Below, one piece after another: positions 8,786 through 17,126 of a stretch of DNA of 64,000 bases. The notes below the pieces were generated by a model that was not told where the DNA came from, did no database searches, and saw nothing but the letters and a program-made list of their open reading frames with translations. Made by a program: the position numbers and the translations under genes. Position 1 is the stretch's first letter. Each line of letters starts with the position of its first letter. Location: contig CAVXJL010000018.1 in the NCBI GenBank assembly GCA_963762015.1, positions 14,996 through 78,995 of the forward strand, read 5' to 3'. Source of the stretch: an uncultured Actinomycetota bacterium (lineage in GTDB: Bacteria > Actinomycetota > UBA4738 > HRBIN12).

Positions 8786-10567
8786 GTGGGCTCCCTCGCG
8801 CTCTTCATCGGTTCATCCGCATCCTCGGATCGGAGCACCGTCACGAGGATGCTCGAGGCCGCACCACACCGAGGGGTTCCCGGCCCTCCTGAGCGGATCG
8901 GCTGCGCCTCCCTCGGCGTGTCCCGCGCGGGGGGCCGCGATCAGGCGAGCGTCGAGAGCCATGACGGTCTCGCCGCCGCGTTCGTCGGTGTCCTCGACAA
9001 CGCCGGATCGCTCGCGGCCGAGCTCGGCCTCTCTGGGGGCCGGTCGGTGCCCTCCGCGGCGCGCATCTACCTCGAGGCCTGGCGCCGCTGGCGGGATCGG
9101 GCCCCTGCCCGACTGCGGGGACCATTCGCTGCGGTCCTGACGGATGGAGAGACCGTCCATGCCACGAGGGATCCGCTGGGGTTCCGATGTCTCTTCTTCC
9201 GCCGGGACCCGAAAGGCGTCTTCGTCGCAACCGAGTTGAAGCAGGTGATGGCGGGTTGCGAGCGACCGATGATGCCCGATCTCGACGTGATCGAGTCGAT
9301 CGTGTTCGGCGAGTACGACGACGACACACCGACCGCGATCGCCGGCTGCGAGCGCGTCCCTCGTGGGATGACGGTGCGCCTGCGGGGCTCCTCGGCCGCT
9401 CGACATCGGTACTGGGATCCGGGAGCGATCCTGGAGACGGGTCGGTACGCCGCATCCGAGCTGCCGGAACGATTCGATGACGTGATGGGTCGCGCTGCTG
9501 CGCGATCGTTGCTCGGCGACGACGTGCTCTCGCTCTCGGGCGGCACCGATTCCTCCGCCGTGGCGGCGTACGCGGCGCCTGCACATCTCGATCGGTTCGA
9601 CCGCCCACTCGCCGCCCTGTCCGTCGTGTACCCACAACTGCCCGCGGTCGATGAGCGCGAGGAGATCGAGCTCATCGCCGGGAGACTCGGGATCGAGCTG
9701 CACACCTACGAAGAGTCGGCCAAGACGCTCGACGAGGTCGACGTGTGGATGGGTGTGCTGGACGAACCGCTGCCACTCTTCTTCGTTGCGGAGTCGGCCG
9801 AGCATCTCCGACGGGCGCACGAGATGGGATATCGGAACATGCTCACCGGAGAGATGGCGGAGTGGGTCGTGGAGCGGAGGAGCTACCTGATCCCGCACTT
9901 GCTCTTGACGGGTCGGTTCGGTCCGGCGCTCGATCACCTCAGGCGCCAGCGCCGCGAGCACCGAACGTCGACACGAGGGATCGCGCGGCAGGTGGGAGCG
10001 GCGTTCGTCACGCCTCGGATGCGCAAGACGTGGGCGCGGATGCGGCCGGCGAGGATCGCGATCCCACCATGGGTGGATGAGACTCGTCTCCGCGAGGTGG
10101 AGGCTCGCTGGGCGACTCGGGCTCGGGACATGTGGCGCGGGTACCAGTCGGCGATCTTCCTCGGGCCGGATCTGCCGGCCGAGGCCGAAGACATCGTCGA
10201 AGCGGTGACCGACGTCACGGTCCGCCGGCCGTTCGCCGACCTCGACCTCGTCGAGTTCTTCCTCTCCCTCCCCGCGGAGCAGAAGTTCCCGGACACGCAT
10301 TTCAAGAGCCTGCTCCGGAGCTTCCTCCGCGGCCGGCTCCCCGATGCGTTGCTCGATCGGCCGCGGAAGGCGGTATTCAACGAAGCGGTGATGGCCCGAG
10401 CCGACCACGAGCGCCTTCGGCAACTCCTCATCGACCCTCCATATCGCTTGCGCGGGATCGACTATGGCATCTTGCGCGCGCGCCTGAACGCGGGGGACCT
10501 GGAGATCGGTGAGTACGAACGCGCGAAGAACCTCGCCGCCGTTCACGCGTACCTCGCCCGCTGGTGA
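8786..10567 (+). CDS. lasso peptide cyclase (asparagine synthetase B-like, LasC/McjC type)
   Basis: 593 aa. PP-loop ATP-pyrophosphatase motif LSLSGGTDSSAVAAYA. Asn-synthase-like architecture lacking the N-terminal Cys nucleophile. Adjacent to the precursor, B1, B2 and an ABC exporter. Confidence 0.85.
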   Translation: MGSLALFIGSSASSDRSTVTRMLEAAPHRGVPGPPERIGCASLGVSRAGGRDQASVESHDGLAAAFVGVLDNAGSLAAELGLSGGRSVPSAARIYLEAWRRWRDRAPARLRGPFAAVLTDGETVHATRDPLGFRCLFFRRDPKGVFVATELKQVMAGCERPMMPDLDVIESIVFGEYDDDTPTAIAGCERVPRGMTVRLRGSSAARHRYWDPGAILETGRYAASELPERFDDVMGRAAARSLLGDDVLSLSGGTDSSAVAAYAAPAHLDRFDRPLAALSVVYPQLPAVDEREEIELIAGRLGIELHTYEESAKTLDEVDVWMGVLDEPLPLFFVAESAEHLRRAHEMGYRNMLTGEMAEWVVERRSYLIPHLLLTGRFGPALDHLRRQRREHRTSTRGIARQVGAAFVTPRMRKTWARMRPARIAIPPWVDETRLREVEARWATRARDMWRGYQSAIFLGPDLPAEAEDIVEAVTDVTVRRPFADLDLVEFFLSLPAEQKFPDTHFKSLLRSFLRGRLPDALLDRPRKAVFNEAVMARADHERLRQLLIDPPYRLRGIDYGILRARLNAGDLEIGEYERAKNLAAVHAYLARW

Positions 10568-10604
10568 GCGGTCTCGAGACTCCCGCCGATATCGTGGGAC
10601 ACCG

Positions 10605-11588
10605 ATGGAACCGGTGATGACCGAGCGCAGGGACGAGGTTCCCATGGAGAGCTTTCCCGCGCTCGACGTCGTCGACGTCCACCGTCGCTTCCGTGACGTC
10701 GAGGCGCTCAAGGGCGTGACCCTCGAGGTGTGGCCCGGCGAGGTCCATGCGCTCCTCGGACCGAACGGCGCCGGGAAGACCACGTTGCTCCGGGTCCTCG
10801 TCGGTCTCCTGATCCCAGACACCGGCGACGTGGACGTCCTCGGCCAGCCGCTCGAGGTGATGACCTCCAGACGTTTCCGACGTTCCTTCGGCTTCGTCCC
10901 GTCGGGAGATCGCAGCTTCTACCTCCGGGTGAGCGGCTTGGAGAACCTCCTGTTCTTCGCGCGCCTCCACGGCCTGCCCAAGCGCACAGCGGTCACGCGA
11001 TCCCGCGAGCTCCTCTCGTTGGTCGGTCTGGAGGAGGCGGCGGGTCGCCGGGTGGGCCTGTACTCGCACGGGATGCAGAAGCGCTTGTCCGTTGCGCGGG
11101 CGCTCCTGACCGAGCCGCGGATCCTGTTCGTGGACGAGGCGACCCACGATCTCGATCCGCAAGGCGCCGAACGGATCCGAGAGCTGGTCCGTGAACAGGT
11201 TCGAGGCGGAGTGGCGGTCGTCTGGACGACGCAGCGGGTGGAGGAGATCCGCGGCTTCGCCGATCACGTCACCCTCCTACAGGCGGGAACGGTCAGGTTC
11301 CAGGGGACGGTCCCGCAGCTCCTCGCTTCGGTCCCCCGACGACGCTTCCTCGTGCGCGTGGGGCCAGGGAAGGATCCCGCGGTGATGAGGCGCGCGGTGG
11401 CCGGACTCGCCGAGCTCCGCGAGGGAAGCGATCCCGAACACGTCCTTCTCGGGATCACCGAAGGGGAGACCCTCGGGCGGGCGATCGCGGCGCTCGAGCG
11501 TGCGGATGTTCCGATCCTCGCCTGCACCGAGGAGGGCTCCGGCGTCGAGGAGGCCTTCCTCTTCCTGACGCGGGAGGATCCGCCCTGA
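10605..11588 (+). CDS. ABC transporter ATP-binding protein (lasso exporter/immunity candidate)
   Basis: Track ORF 10509..11588 trimmed to ATG 10605, downstream of the cyclase stop. Walker A GPNGAGKTT, signature-like YSHGMQKRLSVA, Walker B ILFVDEATHDLD. Confidence 0.85.
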   Translation: MEPVMTERRDEVPMESFPALDVVDVHRRFRDVEALKGVTLEVWPGEVHALLGPNGAGKTTLLRVLVGLLIPDTGDVDVLGQPLEVMTSRRFRRSFGFVPSGDRSFYLRVSGLENLLFFARLHGLPKRTAVTRSRELLSLVGLEEAAGRRVGLYSHGMQKRLSVARALLTEPRILFVDEATHDLDPQGAERIRELVREQVRGGVAVVWTTQRVEEIRGFADHVTLLQAGTVRFQGTVPQLLASVPRRRFLVRVGPGKDPAVMRRAVAGLAELREGSDPEHVLLGITEGETLGRAIAALERADVPILACTEEGSGVEEAFLFLTREDPP

Positions 11589-11704
11589 CCAGACCGCTCG
11601 ACACCGCCGCGCCGTCGTCCAGCGCACTCCGGGAAGAGGGTAGGAAGCTCTTCGCGTTCCTCCGCCGTGACGTCCTCGTCGCCTGGAGCTATCGCCTCCC
11701 GTTC

Positions 11705-12442
11705 GTGACGGACTGGGTCGCGATGGTGTTGCAGGCGGTCGTCTTCGGGTTCGTGGGAAAGCTGATCCCTCCCTCCTCCCTGCCGCGCTTCGGCGGTGAG
11801 GCGATCGACTATCTGGAGTTCGTTGCCGTAGGGATCGCGATCTCCTCGTTCCTCGCAGTAGGGCTCTCGCGACTCATGACCGTGATCCGGCAGGAGCAGG
11901 TGCAGGGGACCCTTGAGGCCCTCCTGCTCACGCCGACCGCCTGGTCCACGATCGAGATCGGCTCCGCGTTCTACGACATCCTCTACGTGCCGGTGCGAAC
12001 GGCGGTCTTCCTGGGTCTCACGGCGCTCCTCTTCGATGCGAACTATCGCCTCGGGGGCGTGGCACCCGCAGCTGCGGTACTCGTCGCATTCATCCCGTTC
12101 GTATGGGGACTCGGGGTGATCTCGGCCGCTGCGACCCTTACGTTTCGCCGTGGAGCGGGAGGTGTGGGGTTCCTCGTCTCGATCGCGACGGTCGGATCGG
12201 GTGCGTACTTCCCGCTTTCGGTGCTCCCGGGCTGGGTGCAGGCGGCCGCGGCGTACAACCCCGTCGCGATCGCGGTGACCGCGATGCGCGAAGCCCTCCT
12301 CGGGGGTTCGACGTGGGTCGACGTCTGGCCTTCCATCGTGCGGCTGATCCCGATGTCGGTACTGGCCATGCTCCTTGGGGCCGTCGCCTTCCGGGCCGCC
12401 ATCGCCCGGGAGCGTCGGCGCGGCACGCTTGGGCTCTACTGA
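11705..12442 (+). CDS. ABC-2 type transporter permease
   Basis: 245 aa with multiple TM segments. The in-frame upstream sequence (from about 11585) reads ...KLFAFLRRDVLVAWSYRLPF, which looks like the true N-terminus but has no ATG/GTG/TTG, so the start is uncertain. Confidence 0.7.
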   Translation: MTDWVAMVLQAVVFGFVGKLIPPSSLPRFGGEAIDYLEFVAVGIAISSFLAVGLSRLMTVIRQEQVQGTLEALLLTPTAWSTIEIGSAFYDILYVPVRTAVFLGLTALLFDANYRLGGVAPAAAVLVAFIPFVWGLGVISAAATLTFRRGAGGVGFLVSIATVGSGAYFPLSVLPGWVQAAAAYNPVAIAVTAMREALLGGSTWVDVWPSIVRLIPMSVLAMLLGAVAFRAAIARERRRGTLGLY

Positions 12443-13614
12443 GCGTCCCGTCTTGTCGTTGGCGATCGCCTCTCCTCGCGAGCCACCCGTCGAAGGAACG
12501 TTCGCTCATCCTCCCTCGTTCCCGAAGAGGTGAAGATCGCACCCGGCGTGGATCCCCGGTGGGTCATCGACCGCAACCGTCGGGAGGCGCGGTTGAGCAT
12601 CGCGCGCGCGGTCGCGACTCCCGAGTCGCGCGTGAGCTGCGCCCAGAACACCGATGGGCTCTCGCCGCCGACGGACCGTTCGGTCGGAAACCGCCGATCG
12701 AGCTCGTCGCTGAGCCGATGCCACACACGCGAGGCGAAGAGCGCGTCGAGTACGCCCTCCGGGACCGGCGCTCCGAGCGATCGACGGGCTCGATCGAGCG
12801 TGATGGCGATGCTCCGTCCCGCCTTCCAAGCTCGGGCGCGGCGTATCACCTCTTCCCATGGTGGCTGATCGACGACGACCGCGCGCTCGATGTCCTTGAG
12901 CCAGATCAGGCGGTCGCCGCCGGAAAGGGCGGCGTGTAGGGCCACGTGGAGCAGCGTGTCCACCGGGTCGAGGGTCGGGAGCGAGCGGCCCCCGACGTCC
13001 ACCTCCCGCGACCGCTCGAACAGGTCGTCCGTCGTGATCGCGAAGCCATCGCGGACGTTCTCGCGGTTCAGGAGATGCCAGTGGAGATCGGCGAGCGTGC
13101 CCATCGGCAGCTGGAGATGGAGCTGGCCACGTGTGTCCGCCCGGGTGAGCGCCCAGTTCCGGTCTAAGAGGAGGGAGCCTCCTTCCTTGAGGGCGTCGAC
13201 GGCACGCTCGAACGAGCCGGGCGGGACCAGGAGGTCGAGATCTTCGTACGTGCGCAGATCCGGCGAGGGATAGAGGTGTTCGGAGAGCACCGGCCCCTTC
13301 ACGACGAGGAACGGGATGGCGTCCGCGGACAAGCACTCACGCACGCCATCGAGGTCGGCCAGTACCCGCAGGTGGGCGGCCGTTCTCGTCGCGTGCGTGC
13401 GCTCGAGCGACGCGACGGCCTCATCGCTCACGGACACCCGGGACGTCCGCACGGCCGCCGCGAGGAAGGGGACCACCCGATGCCGTGCCGCGTGCTGAGC
13501 GAGCTGCGCCAGTTCGTCGTCGTCGAACTGGTCGAGCACACGTCGTCGGATCTCCTGCGGACGGTCCGCGGTACAGACCACCAGCGCCGCCCCAAGCGCC
13601 TGCCGGCTCTTCAT
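12436..13614 (-). CDS. nucleotidyltransferase family protein (NTP_transf_5 / PF14907-like)
   Basis: 392 aa. FLVVKGPVL...YEDLDLLVPP...DLHWHL pattern typical of the uncharacterised nucleotidyltransferase family found in kinase-type lasso clusters. ATGA overlap with B2. Confidence 0.7.
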   Translation of the reverse strand: MKSRQALGAALVVCTADRPQEIRRRVLDQFDDDELAQLAQHAARHRVVPFLAAAVRTSRVSVSDEAVASLERTHATRTAAHLRVLADLDGVRECLSADAIPFLVVKGPVLSEHLYPSPDLRTYEDLDLLVPPGSFERAVDALKEGGSLLLDRNWALTRADTRGQLHLQLPMGTLADLHWHLLNRENVRDGFAITTDDLFERSREVDVGGRSLPTLDPVDTLLHVALHAALSGGDRLIWLKDIERAVVVDQPPWEEVIRRARAWKAGRSIAITLDRARRSLGAPVPEGVLDALFASRVWHRLSDELDRRFPTERSVGGESPSVFWAQLTRDSGVATARAMLNRASRRLRSMTHRGSTPGAIFTSSGTREDERTFLRRVAREERRSPTTRRDAQ

Positions 13615-14018
13615 CCGAACCTCGCCAGCTCCTCATGCGACCCTTTGCCCGGCGGCGGCCCGACGTCGACCCGGTCGATCTCGATCCACGCATGCGCCTC
13701 GTGGTCGCGAGGATCGTGAGGCAGCCCGAGCACGAGCTCCGCCGAGTCTCCCTGCGCCCGAAGGAGTCGGAAGAGCACGAGTGCGTTGACGAGACACCTC
13801 GGTCGGAACGGGCCGAGGTGCAAGGTTCCGTGGACGATCCGAGACAACCGTCGGGGCTCGACCCTTCCCGATCGATGGCCGTCCTCACCCCCGAAGCTCT
13901 CCACGACCGTCGGCAACGGGGCTCGTCGGAGCCGCCAGTGAACGAGGAGGAACGTGCCGCCGATCCGTGCTGCGAGGCGTGCTTTCTTCGCGAGCGGCAG
14001 CGCGCCTCCGGGACTCAC
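13611..14018 (-). CDS. lasso peptide leader peptidase B2 (transglutaminase-like Cys protease)
   Basis: Track ORF 13611..14180 trimmed to GTG 14018 (GTGA overlap with the kinase stop). Catalytic-type motifs RPRCLVNALVLFRLL and HEAHAWIEID. Confidence 0.8.
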   Translation of the reverse strand: MSPGGALPLAKKARLAARIGGTFLLVHWRLRRAPLPTVVESFGGEDGHRSGRVEPRRLSRIVHGTLHLGPFRPRCLVNALVLFRLLRAQGDSAELVLGLPHDPRDHEAHAWIEIDRVDVGPPPGKGSHEELARFG

Positions 14019-14941
14019 CGGGCCTGCACCCGCTCGAGCTCGTAGATGACCGCGTCGAGGGCGTCGTAGCGCATGGGCCGATGTAGGTTCCAGATCGGCA
14101 CGCGCGCTGCGAGCTGGGTGACCCCCTCGAAACATCTCCTCCGATCCTCGTCGGTCGGGGTGCTGAAGGACAAGGCCCACAGGTCGGGGATGGCCTCCTC
14201 GGGAGAGACCCGTTCGAGGCGAGGATCCCCCGAGTTCGCCTCCCGGAGCAGCACGATCGCGTCGGCAGGGACCGGATCCCCGGTCCCCCGGAGCGTCGGT
14301 TCGATAGCGAGATGGACCCGCTCATCGACATGCAGAACGCGCCCGCCGGGAACTTCCGGCGATCGATCGGGGTCGCGTCGGATCCGGAGCATCGCTGGTC
14401 CCGGAACCACGTCGATCCCTTCATCGGAACGGCGAAGGCATGTGGAGTCCTCGCTCAACAGGCGATATCCCGCGCTCACGAGCGCGGCCGCGAGGGTCGT
14501 CTTGCCGAAGCGGCCGGGTGCTCCGAACACGACCGCGCGCCCACCGCTCTCGACGCTCGCGGCATGGAGCGAATGATCTCCTCGCGAGAGGAAACACAGG
14601 ACCGTCGGGATCCCCCAGAGCCGTTCCTCTCTCAGCAAGGGAGGCGCGTCACGAGGAACCTCGATGGAACCGGCGACTGGATCGATGTGGAAGGAGCCGA
14701 TATCGGTCACCCACAGACGCCATCGGTGATCCTCTCGGAACAGGCGCGAGGTGAAGGGGCGGTCGGGCCGGGGGAGCCACTCCCGGACCGGTTCGCCGCT
14801 CTCGCCGGCATCGGTGCGCCGGGTCTCGGCAACCTCGAGCACGCCGGTCGCTCCCCCTTCGCGAAGGTATTCGAAGGCGAGGTCGGACCGCAGCTCGTAG
14901 CCGAAGCAGACGTCGTATGCCATCCCGGTTCCGGGCGCCAT
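14015..14941 (-). CDS. HPr kinase/phosphorylase-related kinase (lasso precursor Ser kinase candidate)
   Basis: Track ORF 14015..15124 trimmed to ATG 14941 (alternative ATG 14923). P-loop region RAVVFGAPGRFGKTTLAAALVSAGYRLLSEDS resembles the HprK C-terminal domain. Confidence 0.7.
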   Translation of the reverse strand: MAPGTGMAYDVCFGYELRSDLAFEYLREGGATGVLEVAETRRTDAGESGEPVREWLPRPDRPFTSRLFREDHRWRLWVTDIGSFHIDPVAGSIEVPRDAPPLLREERLWGIPTVLCFLSRGDHSLHAASVESGGRAVVFGAPGRFGKTTLAAALVSAGYRLLSEDSTCLRRSDEGIDVVPGPAMLRIRRDPDRSPEVPGGRVLHVDERVHLAIEPTLRGTGDPVPADAIVLLREANSGDPRLERVSPEEAIPDLWALSFSTPTDEDRRRCFEGVTQLAARVPIWNLHRPMRYDALDAVIYELERVQAR

Positions 14942-15110
14942 CTGCCCGGACGCACACCCTACGCGACGCCCAGATGGGTGGCGGCGTAGATCGGTGGGCT
15001 GGGCGCGGCGGGAGGTCCTTCCGCGGAGGCCGCCCTCGTCGATAGCATGGGCGGCTGGTTGCCCGGTCGTCGGGCGACGGGTGGTCGGGCGAGCGGAGAA
15101 GCTGAGGCCG

Positions 15111-15449
15111 ATGATCGAGAGCACGGAGCTGATCGTCCGGAACCCTCGGGTGGAGTACCGGAAGCTCGCCGATGGGGGCGGCGCCGTCCTCCTGAATCTC
15201 GATACGGCCGCCTACCATGGGCTGAACCAGACCGGGTCGGTGATCTGGGAGACGGTGGGGGACGGCAAACCGATGGGCGAGGTCGTTCCTCAGGTCGCCG
15301 CGATGTTCGAGGATGCGCCCCCCGCGCTGGCGCTGGAAGTGACCGGGTTCATCGAAGATCTCGTCGAGCGAGATCTCCTCCGCGTCCACCACGTCGATCC
15401 GCAGGCGTCGACCATGCCCGGGAGCGTCGAGCGAGGTTCCTCGCGATGA
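15111..15449 (+). CDS. PqqD-family RiPP recognition element (lasso B1)
   Basis: Track ORF 14994..15449 trimmed to ATG 15111. VEYRKLADGGGAVLLNLDTAAYHGLNQTGSVIWETV...FIEDLVERDLL is the PqqD/RRE pattern. Transcribed divergently from the K-B2-NTase operon. Confidence 0.8.
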   Translation: MIESTELIVRNPRVEYRKLADGGGAVLLNLDTAAYHGLNQTGSVIWETVGDGKPMGEVVPQVAAMFEDAPPALALEVTGFIEDLVERDLLRVHHVDPQASTMPGSVERGSSR

Positions 15450-15452
15450 CGC

Positions 15453-17075
15453 GTGGCAGGTGGTGTTCGGATCACCCTCGGTCCCGGACGTCGGGGGCAC
15501 ACGACGGGATCCACTGACCCACCGGCCGAGAAGGGCCCCGCAGGCAGACGACATGGCCTCGCGCGCACCTCCAGCGGGATCGCGGCGCTCGCAGCAGCCG
15601 GCGTCCTCACCGGCTTCGCCGTCGACGCGACGATCGCCGCTCTCTTCGGTGCGAGCGGGCGGACCGACGCGTTCTTCATCGCGGCCACGATCCCGTTCGC
15701 ACTCGCCTCCGTTCTCCTCGCATCCGCGAACCAGGCACTCGTGCCATTGATCGATACGTGGTTCCGCGAGCACGGATCCGATGGGGCGCGGGATCGTGTC
15801 GAGGGATTGCTCGGGACGTCGTTGGTCATCGCGACCGCCGTCGCCACCCTCGGCGTCCTCCTCTCGTCGGTCCTCCCGTCGATCCTGGCCCCGGGCGCCT
15901 CGTCCGCGACGAAGGCGTCCGCCTCTCTGATCACGGCTCTGCTGTTCTTCACCGTGATCACCCGTGTCGGCGCCGAGGTGATCCGCGCGCTCCTGAACGC
16001 GCGATCCTCCTTCGCGGCTCCTGCCTCGATGCCGATCGTCGAGAACCTCGCGGTCCTCGCGACGACGCTGCTCCTGGCGGGCCGTCTCGGCGTGCCTGCC
16101 GTGGCGATCGGCTACGTCGTCGGAGGGATCCTCCAGTTGGGATACATGTACGGGGTCGCGCGAACCCGAGGGCTTCGCCTCCGGCCGCGGGTTCGCTTCC
16201 GCGATCCGGAGATCCGGGTCGCGTTCCGACTCCTCCGGCTCCCGCTCGCGGGGACGGGGCTCAACATGTTCGCCCGTGCCGTCGAGCGATTCCTTGCGTC
16301 GTTCCTGCCTCCCGGCTCCATCACGATCCTGAACTACGCCTGGGTCGTGGTGAACAGCCTCGGCGGGGCGATCTTCTTCCGGAGCATCGTGGTCGCACTC
16401 CTGCCACGCCTGTCGGAAGCTCGTCACGATGACGATGTCAGCCGTCGGATCGTCGGAGACGGGGTCAGGTTGATGGCGCTGATCTCGATCCCGCTCACCG
16501 GGATCGTCATCGTGCTCGCGGAACCGCTGGTGAGTCTCTTCTTCCAGCGCGGAGCTTTCAACGCTCCGTCGGCGGCTCTGCTCGGGTCGGTCCTGGCGAT
16601 CTACGCGCTCCAGTTCCCACTCGACGCGATCACGCGTGTCTTCCAATCGTTCTGGTACTCACGACTCAACACCGTCGTCCCGTTCCACAACGTTGCCCTC
16701 GGTGTGGGGCTGGATATCGCGCTCGCGGCAGCCCTCGTCTGGTCCTTCGGGATCCGGGGCCTTGCGCTGGCCTACGTGCTCTCGAGCATCGGCAACCTCC
16801 TTCACGGCTCCCTCACGGTGGATCGGCGGATCCATCTCCCCATCGCTCCGCTCCTTCGCATCCTCGGAAAGATCGTCATCGCCTCTGGGCTCGCGGCCGC
16901 GGCCGCGGCGGTGACCCTCGCGACGCTTCCCGCATCCAGGGGGTTGATCCAGCGATCGGTCGCTGTGGCGCTTCCTGGGGCGGTGGCGTGCGCGGTTCTG
17001 GTGCTCGCCCTGCTGGCACTCCGCGTTCGGATCTGGAGATCGATGCTGAGTCAGGATGAGGCGCCGCCGCACTGA
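15453..17075 (+). CDS. MOP-superfamily flippase (MurJ/MviN-like)
   Basis: 540 aa, polytopic. N-terminal FGASGRTDAFFIAATIPFAL is the MurJ signature. Starts 3 nt after the B1 stop; the true start may be further downstream. Confidence 0.7.
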   Translation: MAGGVRITLGPGRRGHTTGSTDPPAEKGPAGRRHGLARTSSGIAALAAAGVLTGFAVDATIAALFGASGRTDAFFIAATIPFALASVLLASANQALVPLIDTWFREHGSDGARDRVEGLLGTSLVIATAVATLGVLLSSVLPSILAPGASSATKASASLITALLFFTVITRVGAEVIRALLNARSSFAAPASMPIVENLAVLATTLLLAGRLGVPAVAIGYVVGGILQLGYMYGVARTRGLRLRPRVRFRDPEIRVAFRLLRLPLAGTGLNMFARAVERFLASFLPPGSITILNYAWVVVNSLGGAIFFRSIVVALLPRLSEARHDDDVSRRIVGDGVRLMALISIPLTGIVIVLAEPLVSLFFQRGAFNAPSAALLGSVLAIYALQFPLDAITRVFQSFWYSRLNTVVPFHNVALGVGLDIALAAALVWSFGIRGLALAYVLSSIGNLLHGSLTVDRRIHLPIAPLLRILGKIVIASGLAAAAAAVTLATLPASRGLIQRSVAVALPGAVACAVLVLALLALRVRIWRSMLSQDEAPPH

Positions 17076-17126
17076 CGATCCAGGACGACTCCGATCGGCC
17101 GATGGCTCGCGCTTACACTCGGTTCG

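Noticed and set aside
8813-10822. 669-aa minus-strand ORF spanning the cyclase and ABC ATPase genes
   Set aside because: It is antisense to two genes with clear family motifs. Its translation is Arg/Pro/Gly-rich with no recognisable motif, which is a typical high-GC shadow ORF.
13611-14180. Longer version of the B2 ORF (189 aa) overlapping the kinase 3' end by 166 nt
   Set aside because: The GTG at 14018 gives a GTGA stop-start overlap with the kinase and a typical 135-aa B2. The upstream extension is Arg/Pro-rich and lies inside the kinase coding frame.
14649-16646. 665-aa minus-strand ORF across the kinase 5' end, B1 and the MurJ-like gene
   Set aside because: It crosses a divergent promoter region and is antisense to the PqqD and MurJ-like genes. 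Its composition (R/E/D/G/P runs) is not protein-like.
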